Shown: in pieces, positions 62,434 to 64,000 of the stretch
Layout: each line of letters opens with the position of its first letter
Numbering within the stretch: position 1 is the stretch's first letter
From: Bacillota bacterium
GTDB lineage: Bacteria; Bacillota; UBA5301; JAMCQP01
Assembly: GCA_023381695.1 (NCBI GenBank)
Contig: JAMCQP010000039.1
Coordinates: 2,151 to 66,150 of the forward strand
Direction: 5' to 3'
Length of the DNA stretch: 64,000 nt
Notes under the pieces: model-generated
The model's input: the letters and a program-made list of their open reading frames with translations, nothing else
What the model was told of the DNA's origin: nothing
Database searches by the model: none
Position numbers and translations under genes: made by a program

Positions 62434-63480
62434 ATGGAATTGCAGCGCGTGGCGGTGATCGGCGCAGGAGGATGGGGAACGGCGCTGGCGGCATTACTGG
62501 CAAAAAAAGGTTGTGAGGTAATACTTTGGGCCCGGCGGGCAGAATTGGCAGAGGTGATCTCCACCCGCCACACCAACGAAACCTACCTTCCCGGTGTAAC
62601 CCTTCCCTCCAGCCTGAAGGTCTCCTCGGATCTGGAAGAGGCGATTTACGGCCGGGAAGCGCTCGTCTTTGCGGTTCCGTCCCAGCAGATCCGCGCCATT
62701 GGCCAACAACTGGCCCGGTTTCTTTCCGTTTCCGGCTCCCTCCCGGTCTTTGTCAGCGCCAGCAAGGGGTTGGAAAAAGGGTCGTTGCTCCGCATGTCCG
62801 AGGTAATCAGGGATGAGATGCCACAGGGCCGGGAGTGCCACGTGGTTTCCCTTTCCGGCCCCAACCATGCCGAGGAGGTGGGCAGAGAGATTCCCAGCGC
62901 CTCGGTGGTTGCTTATTCGGACAAAGGCGTGGCGGAGGCGGTACAGGATCTTTTCATGACCCCCGCCTTCCGGGTCTACACCAACCCCGATCAGACCGGG
63001 GTCGAGATGGGCGGCGCTTTGAAGAACATCATCGCCCTGGCGGCGGGAATCTCGGATGGCCTGGGGTTTGGCGACAACACCAAAGCGGCCCTGATGACAC
63101 GGGGCATCGTGGAGATCGCCAGGCTTGGCGTCGCCATGGGGGCCCGCCCCATGACCTTTGGGGGGCTCTCCGGCACCGGAGATCTCATCGCCACCTGCAC
63201 CAGCAAACACAGCCGCAACGCCTGGGCGGGCGCCCAGATCGGGGCGGGTAAACCTTTGAAAGAGGTACTGGGATCTACCAAGATGGTGGTGGAGGGCGTC
63301 TTCACGACCTCCGCGGCTCGCGAACTGGCACTGGCCCGCAGGGTGGAGATGCCGATTGCCAACATTGTTTATGAGGTCCTGTTTGAGGGGCTGGACCCGA
63401 TGAAAGGGGTGGCGGCGCTCATGGAACGCGGCGCCACCGTGGAAAGCGGGCAAAAAGTTTGGGAGATCAACCTGGACTGA
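62434..63480 (+). CDS. gpsA: NAD(P)H-dependent glycerol-3-phosphate dehydrogenase
   Basis: VIGAGGWGTALA, SGPNHAEEV, GALKNIIALAAG, SRN...G motifs. Confidence 0.95.
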   Translation: MELQRVAVIGAGGWGTALAALLAKKGCEVILWARRAELAEVISTRHTNETYLPGVTLPSSLKVSSDLEEAIYGREALVFAVPSQQIRAIGQQLARFLSVSGSLPVFVSASKGLEKGSLLRMSEVIRDEMPQGRECHVVSLSGPNHAEEVGREIPSASVVAYSDKGVAEAVQDLFMTPAFRVYTNPDQTGVEMGGALKNIIALAAGISDGLGFGDNTKAALMTRGIVEIARLGVAMGARPMTFGGLSGTGDLIATCTSKHSRNAWAGAQIGAGKPLKEVLGSTKMVVEGVFTTSAARELALARRVEMPIANIVYEVLFEGLDPMKGVAALMERGATVESGQKVWEINLD

Positions 63481-63549
63481 TTCTCCTTGAAAAGTAGGCG
63501 CCACTTTTTCAAGGAGAACAAAAGGTTGATCAAGCCATGCCTGAATCAG

Positions 63550-63586
63550 GAAAGATCGGGCCGATGGAGAACCGGCCCGATCTTTC
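63550..63586 (+). terminator. Rho-independent terminator after gpsA
   Basis: Perfect 13-bp stem GAAAGATCGGGCC/GGCCCGATCTTTC, 11-nt loop, T-rich tail. Confidence 0.7.
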
Positions 63587-63590
63587 TGTG

Positions 63591-63618
63591 TTATATTTGT
63601 CTAGGCACGTCATATATA
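63591..63618 (+). promoter_or_regulatory. Possible sigma-E-type promoter for spoIVA (TTATATT-13-CATATATA)
   Basis: Partial match to ATAxx-N14-CATACAxT. Spacing is off by one and there are two -10 mismatches. Confidence 0.25.
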
Positions 63619-63686
63619 TGTAGTGCCAAAAAACCGTTGTCTTACTTTTTTGGGGGCAGGTCAAAAAAAGGGAGGGAAAAGACGGG

Positions 63687-64000
63687 ATGGAACGGTTTGA
63701 CATCTTCAAAGATATCGCCGAACGTACCGGGGGCGACATCTACCTGGGCGTGGTGGGCCCGGTGCGGAGCGGCAAATCAACCTTTATCAAGCGTTTCATG
63801 GATCTTCTGGTTTTGCCCAAGATACAGGACGCCAATGTTCGCGAGCGCACCAAGGATGAGTTGCCTCAAAGCGGCACGGGCAGGACGATCATGACCACCG
63901 AGCCGAAGTTCATTCCCGACGACGCCATCGCCATCCAGATTCAAAACCTTTCCCTGAGGGTCCGGCTGGTGGATTGCGTGGGTTATACGGTGCCCGGCGC
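63687..64000 (+). CDS. spoIVA: Stage IV sporulation protein A, N-terminal part (runs off the window)
   Basis: MERFDIFKDIAERTGGDIYLGVVGPVRSGKSTFIKRFM... (Walker A). GGGAGGG SD. Frame is open to position 64000. Confidence 0.9.
   Translation, partial: MERFDIFKDIAERTGGDIYLGVVGPVRSGKSTFIKRFMDLLVLPKIQDANVRERTKDELPQSGTGRTIMTTEPKFIPDDAIAIQIQNLSLRVRLVDCVGYTVPG

Noticed and set aside
62494-63504. 336-aa minus-strand ORF
   Set aside because: Antisense to gpsA.
1-64000. tRNA, rRNA, tmRNA, RNase P or SRP RNA genes
   Set aside because: Every intergenic gap over 100 bp was read, and none shows a cloverleaf or other recognisable structural RNA signature. An Infernal/tRNAscan run would be needed to be certain.

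Overview
64-kb chromosomal window from a GC-rich, endospore-forming Firmicute. Gene content and order resemble Clostridia/Peptococcaceae, but the taxon is inference. The window is almost fully coding. Conserved plus-strand blocks are cinA-(phosphoesterase)-thpR-recA-recX; rny-(unknown)-ymdB-spoVS; dipeptidase-dodecin-spoVAC/AD/AEB/AEA-(two DUF2229-like genes)-lysA; M50 protease-trpS-scpA-scpB-ytfI/ytfJ-like; rluB; hutP-like-aroH-hisC-aroF-tyrA-aroA-cmk-plsC-ispH::S1; spoIIP; DUF512-der-plsY-gpsA-spoIVA. Accessory content: (i) a minus-strand operon with a perfect sigma-54 -24/-12 promoter (four-subunit 2-oxoacid:ferredoxin oxidoreductase, orphan aconitase-family large subunit, anion permease) beside a PrpR-type activator; (ii) an intact IS4-superfamily element with an 11-13 bp target duplication, sitting between two divergent promoters; (iii) two decayed MNT/HepT toxin-antitoxin remnants; (iv) a visibly AT-richer island (about 36.2-46.5 kb). 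The core of that island (38.9-46.3 kb) is the most interesting signal. It holds an ECF sigma factor, an MFS exporter, an unannotated 27-codon ORF (MKYAKPVLREVVVTLTADKWLISIKAE), a radical SAM/SPASM enzyme, a stand-alone PqqD-type protein, two paralogous B12-binding radical SAM enzymes and an M50-like membrane metalloprotease. This is a RiPP-type parts list that fits no peptide class I can name. No rRNA, tRNA or CRISPR array was recognised. All functional calls come from motif and family recognition by eye; no database search was run.
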